From a virus (lineage: Duplodnaviria > Caudoviricetes), in the IMG/VR virus record IMGVR_UViG_3300000530_000031, positions 1 through 52,793 of that record: a stretch of 52,793 nt of DNA; one strand, given 5' to 3'. Under the pieces are notes generated by a model. That model saw nothing but the letters and a program-made list of their open reading frames with translations, searched no databases and was not told the DNA's origin. Below, in pieces: positions 18,080 through 28,322 of this stretch (position 1 is the stretch's first letter; each line of letters begins with the position of its first letter). A program made the position numbers and the translations under genes.

Positions 18080-18722
18080 CAGTTTTAGCTATACGATGCA
18101 TGTGCCGAGCCCACTGTGGGTGTATATGGATGCTATGGAAGTACATGGCGTCTGCATATTTTTTGCGATAATCTATATATCCATCAGCTAATAATTCTCT
18201 TGCTATGCGCTGACTTTCTATCCAACGAGCATCATCTATCTGAGGTTTGCGTACATGCATACAAGTCCAGCTGAATTGACAGACTGCTACTTTTTTTACT
18301 GTTCGTTGTTGTACCTGTTGTGCATGGGTAATTCCAAACCAACCAGTGTTAATCATCACTGTCTTGACAATAGTGTGTGCTGCATAAAAGGCCATATGTT
18401 GATGTACCACCTGGCAAATCGTGTTAGCATAACGATCGTCTTTAACACGATTAATAGTAACTATGCCAACTGCTACTTTACCTTCTTCGCTTTCGTTAGC
18501 AGCTTCGTAATAGATATTGCGTGCTAGGCAGTCAACATCTTTATTGTTCCAAGCAAAGTCAACCCAGGGTTCGCTGATTGATACTAATAGATTACCAACA
18601 GGATCCGTATCCTGTGATTGTACTGATTGTGAGTCAGCTATTTCCGGCTGTCCCGATTCGGCATGACCGAGTTGTGTTACGGTCAGGGCGAACAATACTG
18701 CAATGATTTTCATCATTCTCAT
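18045..18722 (-). CDS. Cell-wall hydrolase (SleB/Hydrolase_2)
   Basis: CLARNIYYEA, VAVGIVTINRV, CQFSW and GGHIFY motifs; signal peptide. Confidence 0.92.
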   Translation of the reverse strand: MRMMKIIAVLFALTVTQLGHAESGQPEIADSQSVQSQDTDPVGNLLVSISEPWVDFAWNNKDVDCLARNIYYEAANESEEGKVAVGIVTINRVKDDRYANTICQVVHQHMAFYAAHTIVKTVMINTGWFGITHAQQVQQRTVKKVAVCQFSWTCMHVRKPQIDDARWIESQRIARELLADGYIDYRKKYADAMYFHSIHIHPQWARHMHRIAKTGGHIFYASTDQ

Positions 18723-18834
18723 ACTTCGTCCTCCTTTTTAAAAGCGTAGTCTATTTAATCACTTAGATTACGACTTATAATAATACATTAGTCAGAAAAA
18801 ATCAAGTTAAATAGCGATTTTTACCGTTAAAACC

Positions 18835-20697
18835 CTACTTATTATGGGTTATATATGTAGTTATTGGTATATTCTGGTTCTGGCTTTGGCGTAAAAGAGC
18901 AGAGGGATTGGGATCATTATAGTTAGTTACGCCTTTAGATGATAAGATGTTATTATTAATTTTCTCAGCGACAGTAGCTCTTAGAACATCTCCGGAAGCA
19001 TCATTGGTTTCAACGTTGGCAAAAAATTGATAAGTTAAAGTCTGCGTTTTATCTGATGCTAGAGTGCCATACCGTTGTGCCAGAGATTTTAGTTGCGCAT
19101 AATTTCCTGAGTTAAAGGATATGCCGGCACGCGAAATATTAGAAACTTCAGCAGATAGAGAATTTAATATATTATAGTAGGCCTGCTCGCTGGCATAAAA
19201 CGCCGAGGTGTTGGCCAAACTATTTAATGTTGAGTTAACATTTGCCACTGATGTCTGTATATCTGTGATGGTAGTAGCGCCGCCATTGACATAATCTACT
19301 ACTTTAGCATCGAGATCTGCTACTGCTGAATATAATGGTCCTTCGCTGGCGGCATATTGACTGTTGATAACAGTGAGATCTTGTGTATACGGGATACCTG
19401 CCACGCTGCCAATGATGTCTGACAGGACGATGTTTTTAAATGGACCTGATCCTGAGCCAAACTGATTATAGACTTCGGCTACTACAGCACTGGATACTGC
19501 AGCAGTATTGGCTGTAGTAGAAGTATAATTTAGTGCCGGAATCTCTAGATTGTTTAGCACAGTAGCGAGATCTTGCCAAGATGTATAATATCCTGTGCCT
19601 ACTTTAGATTGTATAAACTTAGACAAATCTGTCAAGGTCGCGATTCCTGCAGAAGACAAGCTGGCGATGTCTGCAGGATATAAAACTTTATCGATGTCTA
19701 AGAAATCATTTAATGTAGATATGGTGTTGGAATTGGGTACCGTTACATTAGTAGCCGACTGTATGCTAGCTAGATCATTACCGACAATCTGGCTATATAT
19801 ATTAGTAACTACATTGGCACTAGTTCCAGTTACAGTTACAGTAACCGTAGTTGATTGTATAGCAGGTAAAGAGATATTACCAATAGCACTAGGTAATGTA
19901 GTATTAACTATACTCTGGGTAGTACTAGTTGAATTCAACGGTACTTGAGGTAAGTTGTTTATGTTTAATCCTGCTGAGGATAAATTCGCAGACAAATTTC
20001 CGTATGCACCTAATCCTTGGTTTAGAAGATTTTGGCCAAATACATAAGGATCAGCGAATGTTCCGATATTTTTTATGTCATACATGGTGCCAAACTTTGA
20101 CACTACGTTTGCGATAACAGGAGCAAGGGCTCCCAATCCGGCGGTTGCTAGGTCCAACGGACCTGTATAGCCCACACCTGACTGCCCATAAGTTCTATTA
20201 TCTAATAGGGTAACACTACTGATAGTATCAAAATTTCCTCCAGCATAAGCGTAGGCAGTTTGAAATATATTGGCAAACTCCTGTAGCCCGTATGCGAAAT
20301 AAGACTCTGCTTGATTTTTTAATGTATAGGTAAAACTAGCAGAACTAGGAACAGGAGTGTAGGTTACTGTTTCTACAAAAGTGACAGGGTTTATATAGAC
20401 ATTTGGTTGTTCGAGATAATAATAGACATTAGCAGTTGCGCTAGGGCTAATGTTGCTGGGGTAAAGATCTAATAGCCATTGCCCTTGTGCGGCATTACCA
20501 ATATTTGATAATACCGGTACTAGATTAGCAGCTACATTAGGATTAGTGTTGCTAACTGTAGCAGAGATATTAGCTATCAATGTTACCGTAGGCTGTGCAT
20601 GGAATGTGGCGATCTCTGCTAGTAGATTAGCGGAGGTAGCTAGTCCTTGACCATTGATGATAGTGTTGAACGACTGTAGATCTAATGCTGTGGCCAC
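18835..20697 (-). CDS. Large virion structural protein (baseplate region)
   Basis: 620 aa, S/T/N/A-rich, directly downstream of the PAAR gene. Confidence 0.6.
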   Translation of the reverse strand: MATALDLQSFNTIINGQGLATSANLLAEIATFHAQPTVTLIANISATVSNTNPNVAANLVPVLSNIGNAAQGQWLLDLYPSNISPSATANVYYYLEQPNVYINPVTFVETVTYTPVPSSASFTYTLKNQAESYFAYGLQEFANIFQTAYAYAGGNFDTISSVTLLDNRTYGQSGVGYTGPLDLATAGLGALAPVIANVVSKFGTMYDIKNIGTFADPYVFGQNLLNQGLGAYGNLSANLSSAGLNINNLPQVPLNSTSTTQSIVNTTLPSAIGNISLPAIQSTTVTVTVTGTSANVVTNIYSQIVGNDLASIQSATNVTVPNSNTISTLNDFLDIDKVLYPADIASLSSAGIATLTDLSKFIQSKVGTGYYTSWQDLATVLNNLEIPALNYTSTTANTAAVSSAVVAEVYNQFGSGSGPFKNIVLSDIIGSVAGIPYTQDLTVINSQYAASEGPLYSAVADLDAKVVDYVNGGATTITDIQTSVANVNSTLNSLANTSAFYASEQAYYNILNSLSAEVSNISRAGISFNSGNYAQLKSLAQRYGTLASDKTQTLTYQFFANVETNDASGDVLRATVAEKINNNILSSKGVTNYNDPNPSALLRQSQNQNIPITTYITHNK

Positions 20698-20706
20698 AGT
20701 ATATCC

Positions 20707-21048
20707 TTAGAAAGTGACCAGTACCGTCGGCGCCCCGGCAAATTCGACTACGTGTTCGAAACAGTTAAGAGCTGCCCCAATCGGCGCAATAGGACGTCCT
20801 TCGACTAGAATGTTAGGTATGCCAATGATCACTGCTGCACTAGCACAAACAGGATTATATCCCGGTGCACTAGGATTTTCACAATTTCCGTGCGGGGCAG
20901 CAAAAGTACCTACTGTGGCCACTGGGCGACCTTCAGCAAATACTGTTGTCGCAGCACCCAAAGGTGTAAGAGGCCCAGGACCCGGAGGCTCAAACGGATT
21001 TACGAAAACCGAAACTACATCTCCTACACAGGCTATGGGTGTTGGCAT
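20707..21048 (-). CDS. PAAR-domain spike-tip protein
   Basis: PIACVGD, VFAEGRPVATVG and ILVEGRPIA repeats with His/Cys. Confidence 0.85.
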   Translation of the reverse strand: MPTPIACVGDVVSVFVNPFEPPGPGPLTPLGAATTVFAEGRPVATVGTFAAPHGNCENPSAPGYNPVCASAAVIIGIPNILVEGRPIAPIGAALNCFEHVVEFAGAPTVLVTF

Positions 21049-21049
21049 A

Positions 21050-21355
21050 TTATCGTCCTAAGTCAGTGACCGTCTCAATACCAGTGGTTGTGCGTATATA
21101 ATGATTCTGTAGATCTTTCACTGATGGTGCATGCAGGATAACATGTATCTTCTGCAGGGTCATATCAGTATTTACCTCAGCGGAAAACAGGCTCTGCATA
21201 AGCCCAAGACCACGCTCGCTGGGAATGATAGTACAGGGTTTGCTGACAACAAACGCATCTGTACGTTCTTCTACTATTTTTGCAACGATCTCATCACCGT
21301 TGCTGATCTTGAAGGAGACGATGTCTCCGGTACTGTAACCTTTATTGATTAACAT
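21050..21355 (-). CDS. Conserved hypothetical phage protein (Sm-like fold possible)
   Basis: GDIVSFKISNGDEIVAK ... Y...TTGI pattern. Confidence 0.65.
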   Translation of the reverse strand: MLINKGYSTGDIVSFKISNGDEIVAKIVEERTDAFVVSKPCTIIPSERGLGLMQSLFSAEVNTDMTLQKIHVILHAPSVKDLQNHYIRTTTGIETVTDLGR

Positions 21356-21358
21356 ACA

Positions 21359-21604
21359 CTATCCTTTTAAGTTATTCCAAAAATCTTGATTCTGACGTGC
21401 TAGTCCTGTGTAACCACCTTCTACTAGTAGTTTTCCATCCTGATAGATCTGCGGTACTGCTCTATGTCCTTCACTGACGATAAAATCTCTAGCACCTGGT
21501 GATTCTTCGATGTTGATTTCTTTGAATTCTACACCTTTAAGCTTCAGTAGATTTTTTGCCTGCACGCAATAAGGGCAGTTGTTTTTGCTGTATACTGTTA
21601 TCAT
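21359..21604 (-). CDS. Glutaredoxin
   Basis: CPYC, VPQI and GGY motifs; located next to nrdB. Confidence 0.95.
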   Translation of the reverse strand: MITVYSKNNCPYCVQAKNLLKLKGVEFKEINIEESPGARDFIVSEGHRAVPQIYQDGKLLVEGGYTGLARQNQDFWNNLKG

Positions 21605-21614
21605 TCATACTCCT

Positions 21615-22322
21615 TTATAGTATTTTATCTTTTTTTAATCTAGAGAAAAACAAATCCATCCAATATTTGTAGCCATACATAGAGGGGTGGAAATTATCTT
21701 TGCTCAGGGTACCCTTAAATTTTGAAGATTCGTATAATGCTCGATCTTCATCAAATATCCAATTAGAAAAATCAATTTGGTCTATTAGATATTGATGTTC
21801 AGGATACCTAGAAACTCCATATTCGCAGGTATTCTCAACCATGACATTGGGATCTGATTTAAACTGATTGATCATAGAAGTAAAATAAAAAGGTATATTT
21901 AATGATCTTAGATATCCTTGTATTTTAACTATTTCTATTAGACTATTATAGTGTAATTCTTTATGGTCGATAAACTTGTGTATTCCAGAAAATAACAGAT
22001 TAGAGAATTGGTGTTTGTGATGATCCCACCCCCCTATACCTCCGGTAAAAATGTAAGGAACTGAATTGATATAACCCTTTGGCATCCAATCTAAGAAAAG
22101 ATTATCTGATGTCACAGGAACATCATAGCGACTAAATCCAGACCAACTAACATATACAACATCAAATTGTTGTTTAATAGTTTCAACTAATACCGAATCT
22201 GCAATAAAGCGGTTACCAGCAGCAGGGTAAGCTACATTCGCCACATCATGCCCAGGATAATGTATATCTATTATCGCAGATAATTCAGATGCAAAGCTGC
22301 ACCCAGCGACTAAAATTTTCAT
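21615..22322 (-). CDS. SGNH/GDSL-like hydrolase-fold protein
   Basis: GCSF, A.GN, W[ST]..SR.D and D.FHP motifs; AT-rich. Confidence 0.6.
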   Translation of the reverse strand: MKILVAGCSFASELSAIIDIHYPGHDVANVAYPAAGNRFIADSVLVETIKQQFDVVYVSWSGFSRYDVPVTSDNLFLDWMPKGYINSVPYIFTGGIGGWDHHKHQFSNLLFSGIHKFIDHKELHYNSLIEIVKIQGYLRSLNIPFYFTSMINQFKSDPNVMVENTCEYGVSRYPEHQYLIDQIDFSNWIFDEDRALYESSKFKGTLSKDNFHPSMYGYKYWMDLFFSRLKKDKIL

Positions 22323-22330
22323 CCGATCAA

Positions 22331-23431
22331 TTATAATTCCGGTAATTGATCATAATCAACTGTGTCGCTCATAACACCAATGACATATGATGTTGATTCT
22401 GATTCCTGTAGTGCTGTCTGTTTCTTGCTAGTGTCTGTGTGTTTATTAAACCAGGGAATCGGGGTAGTCTTGGGTGCAGACTGCTGGTATTTAATACCTA
22501 TCTCTTTTAGTGCGTTTACGGCAGTATAATCAACAAAATCACGCAGAATATTAGCATTAAGACCTATAACTGGTCCTTTCTTGAACAGATAATCTGCCCA
22601 GGCCTTTTCTTCGCGTATCACATCTGTATATAGCGCATATACTTCTGCTTCACATTCAGATTTGATCGCACTAAATCTTGCGTCTTCCTTGACCACTTGA
22701 TTGATCAAGTATGCAGTCCAACCTTTGTGTAGTAATTCGTCTTGCAATATCAAGCTGATGATGTTACCGTTGCCCATGAAGATACGATTTTCTACCATGG
22801 CTAAACTTGTAGCAAATGATACCATGAAACGGAAAGCCTCTAGTGCATAGCTAGCGTGTAACGCCATCCATATAGCACGTACATATTCTTTTTCTGCGAT
22901 CTGTTCTCCTGTTTCTTTCCTACAGTTCAACTGGTGCAGTGCATCATAATAGTTACCTACACTAGCAGCCATGGCAACAATTTCTTCAGTGTCGTGGATA
23001 GTATTGAAAATATCTTTGGGCACATTATAGATGTTACGGATAATGTGACTATAGCTGCGGCTGTGGATATTTGTTTCGAAGAAAGTCCAGTTATAGACCA
23101 GTGCTTCTAATTCAGGCAAGCTGATCACAGGAGTAAACACCTGGCTAGGGCCACGACCTTGTAAACTATCTAGTGCAGTCTGGCGTAGTAGGTTACTGGT
23201 AAAAATATGTTTTACAGCATCGCTAGCATCTTTAAAATCCTGTGCATCTTTGGTCAATGAGATTTCTTCAGGCACCCAAAAGAATCCTCTAGCAGTCTTT
23301 TCAAAGTCTGCGATCTTATTATACTTTACTTCTTCGAATCTCTGGATAGTCACCGGACCTGCGGGATCTAGAAACATCTTGCGATTTAGATAATCTGTTT
23401 TTGTTTTTAAATTATATTGTTGTTTGCTCAT
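22331..23431 (-). CDS. nrdB: Class Ia ribonucleotide reductase beta subunit
   Basis: FFWVPEE, LDSLQ, ETNIHSRSY, LEAFRF.VSF, DELLH and ALQESE..SY motifs. Confidence 0.97.
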   Translation of the reverse strand: MSKQQYNLKTKTDYLNRKMFLDPAGPVTIQRFEEVKYNKIADFEKTARGFFWVPEEISLTKDAQDFKDASDAVKHIFTSNLLRQTALDSLQGRGPSQVFTPVISLPELEALVYNWTFFETNIHSRSYSHIIRNIYNVPKDIFNTIHDTEEIVAMAASVGNYYDALHQLNCRKETGEQIAEKEYVRAIWMALHASYALEAFRFMVSFATSLAMVENRIFMGNGNIISLILQDELLHKGWTAYLINQVVKEDARFSAIKSECEAEVYALYTDVIREEKAWADYLFKKGPVIGLNANILRDFVDYTAVNALKEIGIKYQQSAPKTTPIPWFNKHTDTSKKQTALQESESTSYVIGVMSDTVDYDQLPEL

Positions 23432-24459
23432 AGCTTACAGGCCTCACAGTCCTCTTGATCGTCGAAGTCTATTGTCTCTAATGGCTTATCTTTTGAGATA
23501 ATATCTAAATCAGCTTTAACACCTTGTTTATCAATGAGACTATAATAAAAGGTCTTTAATCCCCAGAGCTGTGCCTGCATCAAGTTTTTAGCGATCAGTG
23601 TAGTTGGTACCTTACGATCTGGAAAATGTCTCGGCGAATAAAAAGTATTAGTACTTATGCTCTGATCGACATAGGCAGCAAGAACAGCAGCTGTTTTCAA
23701 ATAACCGGCACAGTCCTTTTGGTCCCACATCAGCTGATATCGATTTTTTAGCTTATGGTATTCAGGAACTACCTGTACTAGGCTACCAGCTTTAGATTCT
23801 TTCACTGAGATCAACTGCATGGGCATTTCGATTCCATTGGTGCTGTTGATAACCACCGATGAGCTTTCCACTGGTGCTACGGCCATCTGTGTAGCATTAC
23901 GCACACCATACTGTTTCATCTGTGTTCTTAAAGTCTCCCAATCTAATTCAGGAGAGAAATCAGCTAGTTCATTGACGCCTGCAGCTCTTAATTCCCAAGG
24001 GAATTGTCCTTGCCCATAGCGTGTCTTGCTGCTATCCGCACAAGCGCCACGTTCGCGGGCTAATTCAACTGATGCTTCAGTGAGATAGTATGCCTGATGT
24101 TCCATCCAGCTTTTAACTTCTTGTAGTGCATCTTTATCGCCGTAACGGAGATTACGTTTGGCATGCCAGTAGGCTAGATTAGTTACACCGATACCCAAGG
24201 GGCGGATCTCATCATTGCTGAGTTTCGACTGTATGCTCAAGAAATCCTGATAGTCTAGGATGTTGTTAAGACTGCGATGCAGTATACGGCACGCACGACG
24301 CATGTCTTCAGGGTTACGGAAGGCTCCCCAGTTGATGCTTCCCAGTGTGCAGAGTGCCACTCTCCCCTCGGCTTCATCGATTTCATAGTATTCGTATTCG
24401 TCGTCTAACTCTTCGGGCAACTGGTCGATTACTTCGTAGTAAGTCACTTGCTGATTCAT
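23428..24459 (-). CDS. nrdA: Ribonucleotide reductase alpha subunit, C-terminal fragment
   Basis: ALCTLGSIN, RPLGIG, APVESSS, DQSISTN, LKTFYY and the C-terminal CEAC; own AAGGA RBS; acidic N-terminal extension. Confidence 0.93.
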   Translation of the reverse strand: MNQQVTYYEVIDQLPEELDDEYEYYEIDEAEGRVALCTLGSINWGAFRNPEDMRRACRILHRSLNNILDYQDFLSIQSKLSNDEIRPLGIGVTNLAYWHAKRNLRYGDKDALQEVKSWMEHQAYYLTEASVELARERGACADSSKTRYGQGQFPWELRAAGVNELADFSPELDWETLRTQMKQYGVRNATQMAVAPVESSSVVINSTNGIEMPMQLISVKESKAGSLVQVVPEYHKLKNRYQLMWDQKDCAGYLKTAAVLAAYVDQSISTNTFYSPRHFPDRKVPTTLIAKNLMQAQLWGLKTFYYSLIDKQGVKADLDIISKDKPLETIDFDDQEDCEACKL

Positions 24460-24977
24460 TTAATATCCTTGTAGAGTGATTCTACTTTTTCTACTGCTTC
24501 GGGCGTTATTTCTTCATCAATGCCTTCACGCATACCCGCGAGTTTAACGATTAAAGCACGACCTTGGATGATGTTGATATCTTGACGCTGGCGAACTAAG
24601 TGTTCAAATGCTTCAGTAGCGTCACTACGACCTTCAAACGGGCCCGCTATGATTAAACCATCGTCGTCTGTAATGTAAAAGTCAATCGATTCAATCTTGC
24701 TAATCTGTGATTGTAGTTTGCGACGGCGGTCGTATTCTGCCATACCTTCATCTACTTTTAACATTTTCTTTGAGTGTGCTACTTGCGAAGCGAGTGCCTT
24801 TTTAGCATCTTCTTCGGAGTTGTGTAGCGTAGTGTGCACCACTTTATCGCCGTGCTTTACTACTACTTGATGTCTTCCGCCTGGATGAGGGACGATAGAA
24901 TGGCTGATTCCGCCGACATCGACGCTCTTGCTTATTTTACCTTCTACGATGTCTATCATTTCTCTTAATGTTTTCAT
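24456..24977 (-). CDS. Hypothetical protein inserted within nrdA
   Basis: ORF translationally coupled on both sides (ATGA overlaps); MKTLREMIDIVE N-terminus. Confidence 0.75.
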   Translation of the reverse strand: MKTLREMIDIVEGKISKSVDVGGISHSIVPHPGGRHQVVVKHGDKVVHTTLHNSEEDAKKALASQVAHSKKMLKVDEGMAEYDRRRKLQSQISKIESIDFYITDDDGLIIAGPFEGRSDATEAFEHLVRQRQDINIIQGRALIVKLAGMREGIDEEITPEAVEKVESLYKDIK

Positions 24978-25738
24978 AATGTTCTACCTTGTTTGTATGT
25001 TGTGTTCTCTTTCAAGAACTTTTCTAAATCTTCAGCGTTAAGTTTAACATTCTTAACACCGTTTGTCACCCATCTATGACTCGAGGTCGCAGAGGATAGT
25101 TGCTTACGCTGTTCTTCACTTCTGTAGTAAGGGTCATACTTTACTTCCGCTAATCCCGCCTTACTCAGTTTAGCATTTACTTCTTCTAACAGTTCTGTTC
25201 TGCCGTTAGTAAATCTCTGCTTCATAATCATAACACTAACATTTAACTCCTGCTTGAGAGCATCATCCATTTCTTTACGCAGAATGTAGTCACCGCTCTT
25301 GTTATTCTCAATCGCATACTTTACTACAGCATCTACTATCATCTGTTTAGTAATATCGGGTTTAGCACGACTATTTTTCATATCCGATTGTAGCATTGAC
25401 CTACGATTACTTAAATCTTTCATTTCCTCTTCCGAATACTTCTCAGTAGTATTACCACCATCTCCGCCGTGCGTCATATTGTAGCCGTTCTTAAATGTAT
25501 CGAACTGCTTAACATAATAACGCTCTTTACGCTTAGCCGCTTGTTTAGTAGTAGTTTCGCATAACTGTTCAGATACTATGTTCTCTACACCATATTTACG
25601 AATAGCACGATGGAAGTGTCTTTCTGACCCTTCTAATGCTCCTTCAATATGTTCTTCTAACCGTTCTATCATAGTCTTCTTAGTGTAGCCTACATACTTC
25701 TTACCGTTAAGTATATGACAATAAACAATGTATTTCAT
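24974..25738 (-). mobile_element. GIY-YIG homing endonuclease inserted within nrdA
   Basis: YIVY...KKYVGYT..R..EH, AIRKYG, E..Y and GYNMTHGGDG motifs; own CATAAATA promoter (25755-25762) and AGGAG RBS. Confidence 0.88.
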
Positions 25739-25781
25739 ATTATTCTCCTACACTTATTTATGACTGAAATACTATTACCTA

Positions 25782-27257
25782 CTATTTTATCTTCCTTATT
25801 GATACTATGTCGTTCGATTTATTCGCCATAAACTTCTCAACATCTGTCTTCTTAACTCTGATTAGTTTTCTTTCGGGGTCAAGTTTCTTAAACGGCTTGG
25901 TCGGAAGCAAAATCTCCAGGCACAAGTTTGACTGATAGATTGTGTGATACTCAGGATCAAAGGGTCCTTGGTTCATGACATTGTCAATGAACACTAAGTA
26001 GATCCTTCCAGTGTCTGTGCGTTCTTTTAAAATGCCACCTTTGAATACATCTTCTGCATTCATGGTCTTTTTACGCAGGCCTTTTTGTCGTTCGTATTTT
26101 ACATACAGCTCTTCAAACTTTTTAGTATCTCGATAGAATGCTTCGTATAAGTCTGGCACTTCATTGGGATCAAAGAAAGTGATATCTTCTTTGTTTTTAA
26201 ATCTGCGCCAGAAGAATGAACTTAGGACAACACCATAGTCCATGTGGCGTACACGGGTTTCTTCTGTGCCTTGATTGTTCTTAAGCACGATCAGATCATC
26301 AAACTGATGGTGCCAGATGGGATAAAACACAGTAGCACTAGCGTTACGGATACCACCTTGGCTACAACTACGCAGGTCACCAAACCATTTCTTCAGGAAA
26401 GGTATCATGCCCGTGTGCATGATTTCGCCGCCACGGATAGGTGCACCTAATGGACGCAACCGACCAATCTCTAGGCCAATGCCAGCACGTTTGCTGGCGT
26501 ACTTAGCCATCATCTCACCTGATGCAAAGATGCTGTCAAGGTCATCATCGCTACGGATAAGCACGCATGAACTAAACTGTTTAGTGGGGGTGCCTAGACC
26601 TGCTAGCACAGGAGTAGCGAGAGTAAACAAGCCATCACTGGCTGCATTGTAGTATTCCTTTATATAACGCATGCGAGCACTATTAGGTTCTTCTTTATGG
26701 AACACTGTAGCAGCGGCAACCATATAACGGATCTGCGGAGTTTCGTAGATCTCTTTGGTAGCTCGATTGCGCACCAGATATTTTTCGATCAACTGTTCGA
26801 TAGCTGCGTAACTGTACTGTTCATCTTTTTCGTGATCCAGCATGTCGTTCATGCGATTCCAATCGTCTTTGGTATACCACTCTAGCAATTCAGGAGTGTA
26901 TAATCCTAAACCAACATTCTTTTTCACGATCTCATAGATATGTGGAACTTCATAATCACCATAGACATCTTTGCGCAACATGCTTAGGCGTTGTTTACCT
27001 GCTACATATTGATAATTTGTGTGTCCTACATCTGGATTGTGTTCTGCATCGATTAGATCTACTATAGCACGCAGAGTGATCTCGTCGATCTCTCTTGTGG
27101 TGATGCCATCATAAAAATGAGGTTGACTCTTGATCTCTATCATCGACTGACTGACGTCTGCGATGCCCTGGCAAACTTTTGTAACCTGTGCTTGCCATTT
27201 TTCTACTGCCAATGGCTCTCTACGGCCACTTCTTTTAGTAACGTAAATATTTGACAT
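25782..27257 (-). CDS. nrdA: Ribonucleotide reductase alpha subunit, N-terminal fragment
   Basis: ATP cone (VTKRSG), ETPQ, FSSC, SQGG.R and QSNLCLE motifs; ends in a basic non-NrdA tail. Confidence 0.95.
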   Translation of the reverse strand: MSNIYVTKRSGRREPLAVEKWQAQVTKVCQGIADVSQSMIEIKSQPHFYDGITTREIDEITLRAIVDLIDAEHNPDVGHTNYQYVAGKQRLSMLRKDVYGDYEVPHIYEIVKKNVGLGLYTPELLEWYTKDDWNRMNDMLDHEKDEQYSYAAIEQLIEKYLVRNRATKEIYETPQIRYMVAAATVFHKEEPNSARMRYIKEYYNAASDGLFTLATPVLAGLGTPTKQFSSCVLIRSDDDLDSIFASGEMMAKYASKRAGIGLEIGRLRPLGAPIRGGEIMHTGMIPFLKKWFGDLRSCSQGGIRNASATVFYPIWHHQFDDLIVLKNNQGTEETRVRHMDYGVVLSSFFWRRFKNKEDITFFDPNEVPDLYEAFYRDTKKFEELYVKYERQKGLRKKTMNAEDVFKGGILKERTDTGRIYLVFIDNVMNQGPFDPEYHTIYQSNLCLEILLPTKPFKKLDPERKLIRVKKTDVEKFMANKSNDIVSIRKIK

Positions 27258-27267
27258 TGATATACTC

Positions 27268-27717
27268 TTATAAATCTTCTAGTTTTAAATCTTCTTGGGG
27301 AAAGATGCGAATTAATTTATGTGTTTCATTGAACTGCTTACTATTTAAGATCTCACCATCCGTCATATTAAGTATATATTTTCCTTGATCGATCCAAGCT
27401 AAATTATACTGGTGTCTTGTGCTGTGGTCCTGATAGATCCGCATCTCTATAGATAAATCTCTGTGGTGATCTGTTAAAGCAATAGTATATATGATCGCTA
27501 GACATTTTGCAATATCACAGTAATAATTATCTGAGATCAGCGTCCAAGGATCGGGCCAATTTTCATGATCTTTTAAGTCTAGGTAATAAGGACTAAAAGG
27601 TGCTCGACTCCACAGGATCGCAGTCAATTCTAAGGCTTTTTCCAGTGGTTTTGAGTCTAAATCAGAGCGAAAACGTCTCCATTCGGCTAGTCTTTCTTCC
27701 GTGGGTAACTTGAACAT
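27268..27717 (-). CDS. Conserved hypothetical phage protein
   Basis: RL..WR.FR and WPDPWTLI.DN.YC segments. Confidence 0.7.
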   Translation of the reverse strand: MFKLPTEERLAEWRRFRSDLDSKPLEKALELTAILWSRAPFSPYYLDLKDHENWPDPWTLISDNYYCDIAKCLAIIYTIALTDHHRDLSIEMRIYQDHSTRHQYNLAWIDQGKYILNMTDGEILNSKQFNETHKLIRIFPQEDLKLEDL

Positions 27718-27722
27718 TCGTG

Positions 27723-28295
27723 TTATACTAAATTAGTGATAGTATATAAAATAGTAGTCGGACTTATAGTTGTATAATTTATATCAACTTGAGTGGTGTT
27801 GGCAGTTAAATTAAATACTACGTCTGTAGGACCAGTTTCAGTATAGTCTTCTTCGTATGATACTGTTGAAGTTACACCGTTAAACGAAGACCTAATTGTA
27901 CCTGATCTAAAGGAAGTTCCTTGAGACAAAGTATAGCTAAAGACCGATGCATTAGAACTAAAATTATCCACAGTGCCAGTGCTACTAATGGGTAAAAATT
28001 TACTAACAGGAGTTGGTATAGAAGATGTTATGGCAGTAACATTACTTTCAACATTAGATACCAGCAGTGATAGATTCGCGATAGCAGAATTAGTGCCGTT
28101 AGTAAAATTCAACACACTAAATTCTGTTAAAATCTCAGTATGACCTAATACCGGTGCACCTTCTTGCAGAGTTCCATTACCGATATATAATCTACGTGTG
28201 TCTTGGCTCCACCCAAATTCGCCACCTGCTAGTTGCGGTAGATCCTGTTCTAATCCTCTGCGTACCTGTATCTGACTTATCTGCACTATGGCCAT
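27723..28295 (-). CDS. Virion structural protein (tail-fibre N-terminal domain)
   Basis: QIQVRRG...LPQLAGGEFGW..DTRRLYIGNG. Confidence 0.75.
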   Translation of the reverse strand: MAIVQISQIQVRRGLEQDLPQLAGGEFGWSQDTRRLYIGNGTLQEGAPVLGHTEILTEFSVLNFTNGTNSAIANLSLLVSNVESNVTAITSSIPTPVSKFLPISSTGTVDNFSSNASVFSYTLSQGTSFRSGTIRSSFNGVTSTVSYEEDYTETGPTDVVFNLTANTTQVDINYTTISPTTILYTITNLV

Positions 28296-28322
28296 ATCTA
28301 CTTCCTGTGTTCTTCTTATTAT

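Noticed and set aside
20707-21048. Type VI secretion system
   Set aside because: A lone PAAR gene among phage structural genes fits a contractile-tail spike tip.
24460-25781. Group I intron or split intein in nrdA
   Set aside because: The insert is almost fully protein-coding (43 nt intergenic). The fragments lack intein N-terminal Cys/Ser blocks and the His-Asn terminus, and the C-fragment has its own RBS.
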